Below, one piece after another: positions 28,259-38,810 of a stretch of 64,000 nt of DNA. Below the pieces are notes generated by a model. The model had not been told where the DNA came from. It did not search any database and was given only the letters and a program-made list of their open reading frames with translations. The translations under genes were made by a program, and so were the position numbers. The stretch is taken from contig CAWVRI010000007.1 in NCBI GenBank assembly GCA_963932595.1, forward strand, positions 362 to 64,361, written 5' to 3'. Numbering within the stretch: position 1 is the stretch's first letter; each line of letters begins with the position of its first letter. This DNA is from an uncultured Legionellales bacterium (lineage in GTDB: Bacteria > Pseudomonadota > Gammaproteobacteria > Comchoanobacterales > Comchoanobacteraceae).

Positions 28259-29466
28259 ACTGCAAATACCTCGCATGTATATCTTAACGCATTACACAAA
28301 ATATCAACATCAGATTTAGTGCTATAAATACCAAGCGATGCCCTAGTAACAGCCCCTAAACCTAAAGATTTTAATAACGGCATAGCGCAATGAGTACCCG
28401 CCCTCACAGCAACCCCTTTATCATTTAATAAGCTTGCAATATCATGTGGATGAACCTCATCTAGAGCAAAAGAAACAACACCAATGTCACTGGTACCAAA
28501 TAATTTAATGCCTTTAACATTCTTTAACTGAGCTAATAAATAAGCTAAGATCTGGTGTTCATTCTCTAAAATATTGTGCCAACCAATATTCATAAAGTAG
28601 TCTATCGCAGCACCCAACCCAATAACTCCAACTATATTAGGCGTGCCAGCTTCAAATTTATTAGGCGCAGACAAAAATTTAACCTCATCAAAACTAACAT
28701 CTAGCACAGTACCACCACCATACTGATAACCATCCATCTTAGCTAAACATTCAGCCTTGGCATACAATACCCCAACCCCAGTCGGACCATAAATTTTATG
28801 CGCTGAAAACACATAGAAATCACAACCCAAATCTTGCACATCAACCTGAAGGTGAGATGCAGCCTGGGCACCATCTATTAAAACTGGCACGTTGTATTTT
28901 TTTGCTTTTTTTATCATGTCTTTAATTGGATTCACTGTACCTAGAACATTTGAAACATGGGTTAATGCAATAAATTTTGTGCGAGTAGATAACATGCCGC
29001 AGTATGCTTCATAGTCTAAAGTCCCATTCCCTAAGACTGGCACAATTTTTAACACTAGACCCATTTCTTTTGCAAGCATCTGCCAAGGAATAAAATTAGA
29101 ATGGTGCTCCATAGCCGAAATAATAATTTCATCTTCAGCTATTAAATTATTGCGCACATAAGCACTAGCAATCATATTAATTGATGATGTCGTACCACTG
29201 GTAAAAATTATTTCATCTTCACTATTAGCACCCAGAAAGCTCGAAACTTTAACCCTAACCTCTTGATACAAAGCACTGGCCCTTTCACTCAAAGTATAAA
29301 TTCCACGATGAATATTCGAATGATCATGCATATAATAATTACTCATGGCTTTTATTACCACACCAGGACACTGCGTAGTTGCAGCATTATCTAAATAAAC
29401 AAGATCATGTCCTTTTATTTGCTGATTAAATATTGGGAAGTCAGCTTTAATACTTAAATCTAGCAT
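28255..29466 (-). CDS. sufS: cysteine desulfurase SufS (class II aminotransferase V)
   Basis: 'YLDNAATTQ', 'HRGIY', 'FSAHKIYGPTG' (PLP lysine) and 'RAGTHCA' (catalytic Cys). Confidence 0.93.
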   Translation of the reverse strand: MLDLSIKADFPIFNQQIKGHDLVYLDNAATTQCPGVVIKAMSNYYMHDHSNIHRGIYTLSERASALYQEVRVKVSSFLGANSEDEIIFTSGTTSSINMIASAYVRNNLIAEDEIIISAMEHHSNFIPWQMLAKEMGLVLKIVPVLGNGTLDYEAYCGMLSTRTKFIALTHVSNVLGTVNPIKDMIKKAKKYNVPVLIDGAQAASHLQVDVQDLGCDFYVFSAHKIYGPTGVGVLYAKAECLAKMDGYQYGGGTVLDVSFDEVKFLSAPNKFEAGTPNIVGVIGLGAAIDYFMNIGWHNILENEHQILAYLLAQLKNVKGIKLFGTSDIGVVSFALDEVHPHDIASLLNDKGVAVRAGTHCAMPLLKSLGLGAVTRASLGIYSTKSDVDILCNALRYTCEVFAV

Positions 29467-30767
29467 AGCTCCTCCTTTGTTTTAGCTTGACTAAGAACAT
29501 TATATTTAGAGATCAGATCAATCACTATTTTTGCAAAATGCACATCACTGTCTTCAGAAAATATTTCACAAATAAATGACTTTAATAATAATAATTTCGC
29601 CTTATCTTTACTAAACCCCCTGCTCAACAAGAAAAACAGCATGTTTTTATCTATCTGCCCAACAGTGGCGCTATGAGTACATACTACATCATCGGTATAA
29701 ATTTCTAAGTAAGGCTTTGCTATTGCACGAGCCCCAGAACCCAGCAACATATTTTTGCTATCCTGATAAGCCTCGCTGGCTTTTACACCACAAGGCACAT
29801 AAATATGCCCAAGAAAAACACAAGCACTGTTAACATGCAAAATTGATCTAAAATTTTGCCTGCTAATACAGTTGCTAGCTAGATGTTTTAAGGTAAGGTT
29901 GGTATTATGCCAGCTACCAGACTTTACATGATTTACCCCAGACAAATCTGCAGATGCGCCCTCAGCATTTAAAAATACGATGGATTCTGACCTAGACACT
30001 TTAGCGCCACAAGCAAATTCTTTTTGAATATAGCTACTAGCTTTAGCTTGCATTACAATATTAACGTTATGAGAAATAGCCAAGTCACTTTCATTTTGTA
30101 AAACTTCGCTTCTAAGCTCGCTATTTTCAGCAAGAGCAAAATAATTCAAACTATTTAGCCAATAGTGACCACTCTCACTGCCCAAATTTCTTACACATAA
30201 ATCTAATTTTGAATTAGCACCAACCTCAACCCAGTTAAATTCATTTGCAAAAATATTCTTATCTTTATAATTTAAAACCTTAAGACTAATAATATCAGCC
30301 ATGTTTTCATCAACTTTTATACAAATTCCGCCACTTAAACAAGCAAGAGCATAAGCAATAAACGGGTTTTGTGGACAAAGATCAACTATTTTTGTTGTAA
30401 TTAAAGTATCTAATGCAGACTCATCATCTTTAAGAAGGTCTTGCATACTCACAATACTTACGCCTGGAACATGATTTAAAATTATAATTTCACCATTATA
30501 ATTAATAATATCAGCGTCCTTTATTAACTCTGAACTTAAATTTGCCATGACTTCCTGTGGCATACTAGTGCCTACAGCAGGCATCACTACATCTTGCGGC
30601 AAGCCCCAACTACTAATGCTAGCATAGCGCCAAGCTTCTTGCTTTCTTGAAGGCAAACCATGCTCTTTAAACATATCTATGCATTTAGCCCTAAACTTAG
30701 GCGCAAAAGTAGCCACAGAACCCGCACTAAAAGCATCATACAAATTAGTAAAATCAACTAAATTCAT
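29460..30767 (-). CDS. sufD: Fe-S cluster assembly protein SufD
   Basis: 435 aa between sufC and sufS. The C-terminal beta-helix region resembles SufB/D (…TDDVVCTHSATVGQID…LFFLLSRG). Confidence 0.85.
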   Translation of the reverse strand: MNLVDFTNLYDAFSAGSVATFAPKFRAKCIDMFKEHGLPSRKQEAWRYASISSWGLPQDVVMPAVGTSMPQEVMANLSSELIKDADIINYNGEIIILNHVPGVSIVSMQDLLKDDESALDTLITTKIVDLCPQNPFIAYALACLSGGICIKVDENMADIISLKVLNYKDKNIFANEFNWVEVGANSKLDLCVRNLGSESGHYWLNSLNYFALAENSELRSEVLQNESDLAISHNVNIVMQAKASSYIQKEFACGAKVSRSESIVFLNAEGASADLSGVNHVKSGSWHNTNLTLKHLASNCISRQNFRSILHVNSACVFLGHIYVPCGVKASEAYQDSKNMLLGSGARAIAKPYLEIYTDDVVCTHSATVGQIDKNMLFFLLSRGFSKDKAKLLLLKSFICEIFSEDSDVHFAKIVIDLISKYNVLSQAKTKEELC

Positions 30768-30770
30768 AAC

Positions 30771-31526
30771 TTAACATACCTCAGATATATCTTTGATCCA
30801 GCCATAACCCTCGCGCTCTACTTTAAGAGCCAATGACTTATCACCTGACAAAACTATTTTACCATCATAAAGGATATGCACATGATCTGGCACAATGTAA
30901 TCTAGCAATCTTTGATAATGAGTTATCACAATAAAAGCGCGCTCATCACTCCGCATTGCATTAACTGCATTCGCAACTGTTTTTAATGCATCTACATCCA
31001 AACCTGAATCAGTCTCATCTAAAATAGCCAACTCCGGCTCTAATAACATAAGCTGCAACATTTCATTCCGCTTCTTTTCCCCGCCGGAAAAACCTTCATG
31101 CAAATTACGAAACAAGAAACTTTGATCTAAACCAACTTCTGTGATTTTTTTCTTAGCTAAAGCCAAACATTCTCCAGCATCAACTGGCTTTAAACCTCTA
31201 TGTGCTCGAACACTATTCATAGCTTCACGTAAAAAGTATAAATTGTTTAACCCAGGTATCACTACTGGATACTGAAAAGCTAAAAATAATCCAGCCCTTG
31301 CCCTTTCTTCTGGCTCCATAGCTAACAAGTCCTGTTTTTTATAATGAGCCTGTCCTCCGGTTACCTCGTAACCATACTTCCCAGCCAGCACGCTCGCTAG
31401 GGTACTCTTTCCAGAACCATTTGGCCCCATTATGGCATGCACCTCACCAGCATTAACATTGAGAGATAATTCTTTTATGATATCTTTACTTTGAACTTTA
31501 ACCTGTAATTTATTAATTGTTAACAT
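30771..31526 (-). CDS. sufC: Fe-S cluster assembly ATPase SufC
   Basis: Walker A 'GPNGSGKST', ABC signature 'FSGGEKKR' and Walker B 'ILDETDSGLD'. Confidence 0.95.
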   Translation of the reverse strand: MLTINKLQVKVQSKDIIKELSLNVNAGEVHAIMGPNGSGKSTLASVLAGKYGYEVTGGQAHYKKQDLLAMEPEERARAGLFLAFQYPVVIPGLNNLYFLREAMNSVRAHRGLKPVDAGECLALAKKKITEVGLDQSFLFRNLHEGFSGGEKKRNEMLQLMLLEPELAILDETDSGLDVDALKTVANAVNAMRSDERAFIVITHYQRLLDYIVPDHVHILYDGKIVLSGDKSLALKVEREGYGWIKDISEVC

Positions 31527-32989
31527 TAACCTATAGCCCCTTCTAAACTTATTTCTAATAATTTTTGCGCCTCAACAGCGAACTCTAATGGCAGTTTTTG
31601 AAATACTGATTTGCAAAAACCACTTACAATAAGAGAAACCGCAGACTCTTGACTCATGCCTCGCTGCTGACAATAAAACAACTGCTCTTCATTTATTCTG
31701 GAAGTGGAAGCTTCATGCGCAACTTCAGCAGTATCATTATTTATTTCAATATTAGGAAAGGTGTGCGCCTGACTATCGCCACCCAATAACAACGAATCAC
31801 ACTGGGTGAAGTTTACTGCATTATCTGCTTTTACTGTAGCCCTTACCAATCCACGAAAAGTGTTCGCGCCATGACCTGCCGAAATACCTTTTGAAATAAT
31901 CGTACTTTTAGTATTTTTACCCATATGCATCATTTTAGTACCAGTATCAGCTTGCTGGTAATTATTAGTTAATGCGACAGAATAAAATTCACCAACAGAA
32001 TTGTCACCTTTTAAAATAACACTTGGATATTTCCAGGTAATAGCAGACCCAGTTTCTATTTGAGTCCAGGATATTTTTGCGCCATTACCCGCACATATGC
32101 CACGTTTAGTCACAAAGTTATAAATGCCACCGCGACCAACTTTATCACCAGGATACCAATTCTGCACCGTTGCATATTTTATTTGCGAACCTTCAGCAGC
32201 AACTAGCTCTACCACTGCAGCATGCAACTGATGTTCAGCTCGCATAGGCGCAGTACAGCCCTCAAGGTAACTAACATAACTATCATCTTCAGCAATAATT
32301 AAAGTTCTTTCAAACTGGCCTATTTGTGGGGTATTAATCCTGAAGTAAGTAGAAAGCTCCATTGGGCACCTAACACCTTTAGGTATATACACAAAAGATC
32401 CGTCACTAAAAACGGCAGCATTTAACGCTGCAAAAAAATTATCTTTGTACGACACTACCGAGCCAAGGTGTTTTTTTATTAGCTCTGGATACTTAGCAAC
32501 TGCCTCAGAAAAAGGACAAAATATCACCCCTGCTGCAGCCAGCTTATCTTTAAAGGTGGTAGCAACAGAAACACTGTCAAACACCGCATCAACCGCAACA
32601 ACACCTGAAAGCTTATGCTGCTCTGACAAAGGAATTCCTAGTTTTTCATAGGTTCTTAATAATTCAGGATCAACCTCGTCTAAACTCTTGGGAGCATCTT
32701 TGTCTGATTTTGGCTCAGAATAATATTTGACCTTTTGATAATCAATTTTTTCAATATTTAGCTTAGCCCAGTCTGGCTCTTGCATAGTAAGCCAATGACT
32801 ATAAGCTTGCAACCGCCACTCTAGCAAAAATTCAGGTTCATTTTTTTTTGCAGAAATTCTGCGAATCACCTCTTCATTAAGACCAGCTTCAAAAGTATCA
32901 CTAACTATATTAGTTTCAAAGCCAGGCTCATAAAAACTATCTAGCCTTTCGGTAATCGCGGCATTCTTATTCATTCTAACCTCTTCCAA
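31526..32989 (-). CDS. sufB: Fe-S cluster assembly scaffold SufB
   Basis: 487 aa with conserved SufB blocks (…[19 protein letters not shown]…, …[20 protein letters not shown]…). Confidence 0.95.
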   Translation of the reverse strand: MEEVRMNKNAAITERLDSFYEPGFETNIVSDTFEAGLNEEVIRRISAKKNEPEFLLEWRLQAYSHWLTMQEPDWAKLNIEKIDYQKVKYYSEPKSDKDAPKSLDEVDPELLRTYEKLGIPLSEQHKLSGVVAVDAVFDSVSVATTFKDKLAAAGVIFCPFSEAVAKYPELIKKHLGSVVSYKDNFFAALNAAVFSDGSFVYIPKGVRCPMELSTYFRINTPQIGQFERTLIIAEDDSYVSYLEGCTAPMRAEHQLHAAVVELVAAEGSQIKYATVQNWYPGDKVGRGGIYNFVTKRGICAGNGAKISWTQIETGSAITWKYPSVILKGDNSVGEFYSVALTNNYQQADTGTKMMHMGKNTKSTIISKGISAGHGANTFRGLVRATVKADNAVNFTQCDSLLLGGDSQAHTFPNIEINNDTAEVAHEASTSRINEEQLFYCQQRGMSQESAVSLIVSGFCKSVFQKLPLEFAVEAQKLLEISLEGAIG

Positions 32990-33211
32990 TCAAACTATAA
33001 AAAAACATACTATTAAATTTTTTTCAAATAAAAGCTCTACTTAGGCTTATAGCAACTATTCTTAACAATTTCATTTATTACTAAACCTTCGCCAACCTAA
33101 ACATAATAATACCGCAGCACTCCAAATGCAATGATTATACTGTATATTTTCTCTAGACATCACATCTTTTCAATCTAACTATTGACAACTATACTTTTAG
33201 CGGCCATCATT

Positions 33212-33230
33212 GCAAATGAGAATCATTCTT
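33212..33230. promoter_or_regulatory. candidate Fur box upstream of feoA (in the shared sufB/feoA divergent region)
   Basis: 'gcaaatgagaatcattctt' matches 14/19 positions of the GATAATGATAATCATTATC consensus and lies 16 nt upstream of the feoA ATG. A TTGACA hexamer sits at 33182-33187. Confidence 0.6.
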
Positions 33231-33245
33231 AATTAGGAATAAATT

Positions 33246-33476
33246 ATGCATCTACACCAATTAAAAAAAGGCAGCACTGCGAAAATAACAAAATTCGACA
33301 GCTGTGATTTTCATTATAAACAAAAATTAATCGCTATGGGGTTAATTCCTGGAGCACAACTAATCATATCAAACATATCGCCTTTTTGCGACCTTATAGA
33401 ACTTACTGTTGGTAATCTTGTGCTTGCACTACGTAAAACAGAAGCAAATATTGTGCGCGTCATACAACTATCATAA
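33246..33476 (+). CDS. feoA: ferrous iron transport protein A
   Basis: 76-aa SH3-like FeoA pattern (L..l..G....I....) immediately upstream of, and overlapping, feoB. Confidence 0.8.
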   Translation: MHLHQLKKGSTAKITKFDSCDFHYKQKLIAMGLIPGAQLIISNISPFCDLIELTVGNLVLALRKTEANIVRVIQLS

Positions 33477-35698
33477 TGTATAAAGTTGCACTTATAGGCA
33501 ACCCTAATGCCGGAAAAACCACCATATTCAACAAATTAACCAGCAGCAATCAAGCTATTGCTAATCGGCCAGGGGTGACTGTAGCTGTAGCCAGCGCAAT
33601 TTGGAAAGAACATGACTGCGAAATAATTGACCTCCCAGGCTGCCATTCTATATCTCAAACAGACATAGGACTCCCCTACGACGAACAAATTACTGCAAGA
33701 TATATACTAGAAAATAACATTAACCACATAATAAATATAGTTGATATCACAAAACTAGAAAGCTCACTATACCTAACCTCGCAGCTACTAGAAACTAATA
33801 TCCCAATGATAATTATCATAAGTAAAAAAGATTTGGCAAAAAAATTATCCATTCATATTGATACTGAGGCACTGGCAAAAAAATTAAAAACCCCCATTAT
33901 AATATTAAACACCATAGATAATAATGATATTTTAAAGCTCTCACATTACTTAAAAGCAAATATCAAAAACCCCAAAAACCACACAAACAACCTAGCCACA
34001 CAGTGCAGCATTGTCCAAAACACAGCCCGAAAGATAGCTAAACACATAAAGCAAAACAAATATATTAATAAAGAAAGCCTTGCCCTTAATATGCTGGCAA
34101 GCGCAACCATAATGAAGAATGACTGCCCACAACTACAACAAGCCATAGACGAAGGCTCAAGAGACATAACAAATTACTATGATACTGAAACAGATATTGT
34201 AATCGCCCAAAACAGATATAACTTTATTAAGAAAGCTATAGCCACAACAGCAACCTTTTCTCAAAGAACACCAATAAAAACAAATAAAATAGATAAAATT
34301 GTAACCCACCCTATATTTGGACTGCCTATTTTACTCTTGACTATTATAGCTATGTTTTGGATTACTATTTCATTTGGAGGACTCTTACAAGAATGCTTCA
34401 CCCTAATAGGAGAAGCACTTTTTATTGAGGGCACAGCAGCTGCCCTACAAGTTATACATGCACCAATATGGGTATTTATATTTTTAGTCAATGGACTTGG
34501 CCACGGCATTACCACTCTTATTGCTTTTATTCCGATAGTAGCGACCATATTTTACACTATGGATCTACTCGAACAATCAGGATATATGGCCAGAGCTGCA
34601 TTTATAACTGATAAATTAATGAGCTATTTGCAGCTACCAGGCAAAGCGTTTATCCCTCTCATTATTAGCTTTGGATGCAATGTACCTGGAATACTAGCAA
34701 CTAGAACTTTAACCAGCCAAAGAGAACGCTTGATAACCGGAATTATGACACCCTTCATGTCATGCAATGCAAGACTTGCAGTATTTGCAGTATTTGCTAG
34801 TATCTTTTTTCCGAATGACAGCCTAAAAGTAATCATGTCACTGTATTTTATTGGCATCTTAGTTGCTATCATTACCGGACTTATAATGGCTAAGTTTATT
34901 CTGCCTGGAAAATCAGAAAGATTAATTATGAACATGCCAGAATATCAAATGCCAAAACAAAAAGAATTACTACTATCAACCTTCAAAAAAACCCAAAGCT
35001 TTTGCCTAAGAGTTGGCAAATATATTTTAATATCTAGCACTATCATTGGCATATTTTCACAAATATCTGTACCACAAAGCAATGGCTATATTAATATAAT
35101 CGAGCTGATAGGCAAAAGCATAACTCCCTTATTCAGCGCAATTGGCATAACAGCAACTAACTGGCAAGCAACTATAGCACTTATAAGTGGCTTTTTTGCC
35201 AAAGAAACTACAATCATCACTTTAGATCAATTATACAGCCATAGCAACAACTTGAGCTATGTGCTGCCTGGAGAATTCCCACATTATTTAGCTAATGTGT
35301 TTTCTGATGTTGTGACTATTATCTATAACGCCCTATTACCCTGGAAAAATGCAACAGTTGATAGCACTAACCCTATTATATTACACCAGCAAATAAAACA
35401 TAATTTTGGTAGCGAAGCTTCAGCATGGTCATATTTATTGTTTAACTTGCTATACATGCCGTGCATATCAACAATCATAACTTTTGCCAAAGAATGCGGC
35501 TGGAAATGGGCTGGATTATCCACAACTTGGTCTTTTAGCATTGCATATATTATAGCTAGCCTTAACTATCAATTTAGCCAACAAAGCACGCACCTTATAA
35601 CTACAATCGCTTTTATAATTATCAGTATTGCTCTGAATTTAGCTTTAGCTAAAGTCATAGTGAGACACACAACAATAAAAAAATCGCAGCCACTATGA
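33476..35698 (+). CDS. feoB: ferrous iron transporter FeoB (G-protein plus permease)
   Basis: G1 'GNPNAGKTT', G3 'DLPG' and a polytopic C-terminal permease with gate motifs. 740 aa. Confidence 0.95.
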   Translation: MYKVALIGNPNAGKTTIFNKLTSSNQAIANRPGVTVAVASAIWKEHDCEIIDLPGCHSISQTDIGLPYDEQITARYILENNINHIINIVDITKLESSLYLTSQLLETNIPMIIIISKKDLAKKLSIHIDTEALAKKLKTPIIILNTIDNNDILKLSHYLKANIKNPKNHTNNLATQCSIVQNTARKIAKHIKQNKYINKESLALNMLASATIMKNDCPQLQQAIDEGSRDITNYYDTETDIVIAQNRYNFIKKAIATTATFSQRTPIKTNKIDKIVTHPIFGLPILLLTIIAMFWITISFGGLLQECFTLIGEALFIEGTAAALQVIHAPIWVFIFLVNGLGHGITTLIAFIPIVATIFYTMDLLEQSGYMARAAFITDKLMSYLQLPGKAFIPLIISFGCNVPGILATRTLTSQRERLITGIMTPFMSCNARLAVFAVFASIFFPNDSLKVIMSLYFIGILVAIITGLIMAKFILPGKSERLIMNMPEYQMPKQKELLLSTFKKTQSFCLRVGKYILISSTIIGIFSQISVPQSNGYINIIELIGKSITPLFSAIGITATNWQATIALISGFFAKETTIITLDQLYSHSNNLSYVLPGEFPHYLANVFSDVVTIIYNALLPWKNATVDSTNPIILHQQIKHNFGSEASAWSYLLFNLLYMPCISTIITFAKECGWKWAGLSTTWSFSIAYIIASLNYQFSQQSTHLITTIAFIIISIALNLALAKVIVRHTTIKKSQPL

Positions 35699-35931
35699 AC
35701 CTAATTTCAATTAAAAAATATTTTGAGCAACACAATATCGCAAGCTCAGCAGAAATAGCAGCATATTTTAATATGCTACCGCTAGATATAGAGTGTTATA
35801 TCGCATACTGGCAGCATAGAGGAAACCTAGTTCTTTGTAATAAATCTTGTGCCAGTGGCTGTGACTTATGCTTTAAACATAATCAAATGTATTACAGATG
35901 GCAAGAAACTACTCACACCTCTAAAGCATAA
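35695..35931 (+). CDS. feoC: FeoC-like winged-helix protein with Cys cluster
   Basis: 78 aa, overlapping the feoB stop. The N-terminus is wHTH-like and there is a cysteine cluster (CNKSCASGCDLC). Confidence 0.55.
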   Translation: MNLISIKKYFEQHNIASSAEIAAYFNMLPLDIECYIAYWQHRGNLVLCNKSCASGCDLCFKHNQMYYRWQETTHTSKA

Positions 35932-36353
35932 TTTGAATTTGCAAAATCCCTTTCATAAATTTGCTTTAGAGGCTCTAATACAAATGCTCTATTATCCATA
36001 TCATAGTGTGGCAGCACTAAATGATTTGTCTTCAGAACTAAGTCGTCATACAACAAAATATCTATATCTAATGTGCGCGGCCCCCACCTTAGCTCTCTTT
36101 TTCTTCCTAATGCAATCTCAACACTTAAACAAATATGCAATAATGAAAATGGACAATACCATGTCCTTATACTAACACACACATTATAAAAATCGTTTTG
36201 AGACGTGATATGCCCATAAGGCTTAGTTTTTATTATTTCTGATACTGCAACAACATCTAATGCAAAATTATTTGATAATAACTCTATTGCTGATTTAAGG
36301 TTAGCAGCAGAATCACCCAGATTGCTGCCTAGACTTAAGTAACATTGATGCAT
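35913..36353 (-). CDS. folK: 2-amino-4-hydroxy-6-hydroxymethyldihydropteridine diphosphokinase
   Basis: 'YLSLGSNLG', 'WGPRTLDIDILL' and 'LVLPHYDMDNRAFVLEPL'. The likely start is MHQC at 36353; the track ORF extends into pcnB. pcnB-folK is a conserved pair. Confidence 0.88.
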   Translation of the reverse strand: MHQCYLSLGSNLGDSAANLKSAIELLSNNFALDVVAVSEIIKTKPYGHITSQNDFYNVCVSIRTWYCPFSLLHICLSVEIALGRKRELRWGPRTLDIDILLYDDLVLKTNHLVLPHYDMDNRAFVLEPLKQIYERDFANSNYALEV

Positions 36354-36357
36354 TTTA

Positions 36358-37701
36358 TTATACTGTTTTTTTTGGCCTATTACTTTGCGGCCTAAATGGC
36401 TTCTTAGAACCTGGTTTTTTGAAATTATTTCGATTGTAATTATCCAACATTTTTGACTTATTCTCATCATCAGATGCAACAAATCTATGCCACCAAATAG
36501 CTAGACCTGATATTTTTAGCTCCACTTGAGCTCTTAACATCATAAAATCATATGCCATTTTAAATTTATTATTCTTCAGCATACTCAAAACATCTTTTTT
36601 GTCACGCGTGAGCATTATATATTGCATTTGCCAAATTTCTTCACAAGTTTCAAGCATATTTTTAGGCAATGCCAACAACCCATTATAAGATTTAAGAGTT
36701 TCTCTTATAACATCACGGACTGTTTTATCCGTAGTTTTTTTAAGCATATTATTTTGTAATTGCGGCCATAACATAACTATAAATAAATAAGCATTATTTA
36801 AAGTATTCCCTGCTTTGACTCTAGCATCAGTATGATGCATAGCTGTCATTATTAACGGCAAAGCATACTTATATGCTGCACTTTTATCTACTATACTTTC
36901 TTCTATTTGTGGCAACAAGAGCGCAAAGAAGCCATGCTTTCTAAAAGCCAGAAAAGACTTCACACTACACCCACCATGAAATGTTTTTATAAACTCTACT
37001 AACAACCTCTCTGACGAGGATGTTGATAATAAATCTTTCATACTTTCTATGCAAGCAACATTACTAGCGTCTAAACAAAAATCAAGCTTGGTCGCATACC
37101 TTAAAGCTCTGATCATACGCACAGGGTCTTCTCTATACCTAGCTTCAGGCTCACCTATCACCCGCATTTTTTTTGCTAAAATGTCTTGGTAACCATTTAC
37201 ATAATCTATTATTTCTCTTCGACCTATATCATAATAAAGAGCATTTACACTAAAGTCTCGTCGCCACACATCAGATTCTAAATCCCCATAAACATTATCT
37301 CTAATTAGCATACCCGTATGATTAATAGCGCGTTTTTTCTTTCCAAAGAATGCCTTATCCTCACCCCTAAAAGTTGCAACTTCAATGATATTTCTACCAA
37401 ATCTAACATGAACTAATTTAAACCTTCGCCCTATAATTAAGCTATTTCTAAAAATCTTTTTCACTTCAGCAGGCTTAGCATTAGTTACAATATCATAATC
37501 TTTTGGCGCAATACCTGCGAGTAAATCTCTAACAGCACCACCAACTAAATAGGCTTCAAAGCCATTTTTTGTTAAAGATTCAATAACCCTAATAGCATTC
37601 TTATTTAAAGAATGATGGTCTATAGAATGATCTGAACAAGGTATAATTTCACATGGTTTCGGGCTTTTACCCCCAAATATTTTTTTAATAATACTAAACA
37701 T
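36358..37701 (-). CDS. pcnB: poly(A) polymerase I
   Basis: 'AYLVGGAVRDLL..I.PKDYDIVTNA' and 'RRDFSVNALYY' are nucleotidyltransferase motifs, and the C-terminal tail is basic. The likely start is MFSIIKK at 37701. Confidence 0.9.
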   Translation of the reverse strand: MFSIIKKIFGGKSPKPCEIIPCSDHSIDHHSLNKNAIRVIESLTKNGFEAYLVGGAVRDLLAGIAPKDYDIVTNAKPAEVKKIFRNSLIIGRRFKLVHVRFGRNIIEVATFRGEDKAFFGKKKRAINHTGMLIRDNVYGDLESDVWRRDFSVNALYYDIGRREIIDYVNGYQDILAKKMRVIGEPEARYREDPVRMIRALRYATKLDFCLDASNVACIESMKDLLSTSSSERLLVEFIKTFHGGCSVKSFLAFRKHGFFALLLPQIEESIVDKSAAYKYALPLIMTAMHHTDARVKAGNTLNNAYLFIVMLWPQLQNNMLKKTTDKTVRDVIRETLKSYNGLLALPKNMLETCEEIWQMQYIMLTRDKKDVLSMLKNNKFKMAYDFMMLRAQVELKISGLAIWWHRFVASDDENKSKMLDNYNRNNFKKPGSKKPFRPQSNRPKKTV

Positions 37702-37853
37702 TTTGATCTCAAAATAATGATTGTAACAAATAATATTACCTAAAATTACAGCACTAGCAATAAAATTACCACCCAAATATCAAACATATAAAATAGACTT
37801 TTTTAATATAAAGGAAGATAATAACTTAGATAACTTATGTAGGATAAACAAAA

Positions 37854-38723
37854 ATGAGTCAGGATACAAATAATATTAGCATAATTGGATATGCATCTGG
37901 CAATGCCGCACAAGATAACAGCTGTTGCATGGGACCCATTATCATGGAGAAATCTGACAAGCTAACAAATACCACATGGTTAGGCCAAATATACCCAACT
38001 GATAGCTGCAAGCAACTTGGAGCAATAGATAGTACTTTTAATTGCTGCCAAAAACTAGCACAACATACGATGTCACTAACCCAAAATAATAAACAATTTG
38101 TTGTAATAGGTGGCGACCATTCTTGTGCTATTGGTACATGGAGCGGCGCTTCAGCAGCAAAAGAAAGCCCAATTGGCATGATATGGATAGATGCACACCT
38201 AGATGCACATAACAATATAACCAGTAAAACAAAGAACATTCATGGTATGGCGCTATCATCTTTAATAGATAATGGACCAAAAAAACTCAATAATTTAATA
38301 ATAGCTGGAGCAAAAATAGACTGCAAAAATTTAGTCATTATTGGCGCTAGAGATTACGAGACCGAAGAACAGGAACTACTAACACAGCTAGGCGTGAAAA
38401 TATTCTACATGAACGAAATTGTAGATAAAGGATTAAACTTTGTATTCAAGCAGGCCTTACAAATTGCTACTGCAAATAAAAATGGCTTTGGTATTAGTAT
38501 AGATATCGATGGATTAGACCCAAATCACGCCCCAGCTACAGCAATAACCTCTTCCCCAGGCATAGTGCCAGAAGAATTAATACACGAGTTTAAAACCACA
38601 CTGCAGCAACATAAGCACAAACTAATAGGCCTTGAGATAGCAGAGTTTTTTCCAGATTTTGACAAAAACTGCCTGACAGAACAAGTAATTGTAGATCTTA
38701 TTGAAGCGGCATACCGCAGTTAA
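37854..38723 (+). CDS. arginase/agmatinase/formiminoglutamase-family ureohydrolase
   Basis: Mn-binding motifs 'GGDHSCAIG', 'IDAHLDAH' and 'SIDIDGLDP'. Substrate is not assignable from the sequence. Confidence 0.8.
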   Translation: MSQDTNNISIIGYASGNAAQDNSCCMGPIIMEKSDKLTNTTWLGQIYPTDSCKQLGAIDSTFNCCQKLAQHTMSLTQNNKQFVVIGGDHSCAIGTWSGASAAKESPIGMIWIDAHLDAHNNITSKTKNIHGMALSSLIDNGPKKLNNLIIAGAKIDCKNLVIIGARDYETEEQELLTQLGVKIFYMNEIVDKGLNFVFKQALQIATANKNGFGISIDIDGLDPNHAPATAITSSPGIVPEELIHEFKTTLQQHKHKLIGLEIAEFFPDFDKNCLTEQVIVDLIEAAYRS

Positions 38724-38810
38724 ATTTTAGTAGAGCCAAGCTCAAGATGTTCTCAGGTGATTCTTCAATCACCCCAGAAAGAAACGACACATATTAACGC
38801 CTGTAATTCT

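Noticed and set aside
35849-36175. 108-aa plus-strand ORF overlapping feoC and folK
   Set aside because: It is antisense to folK, whose motifs are unambiguous, and out of frame with feoC.
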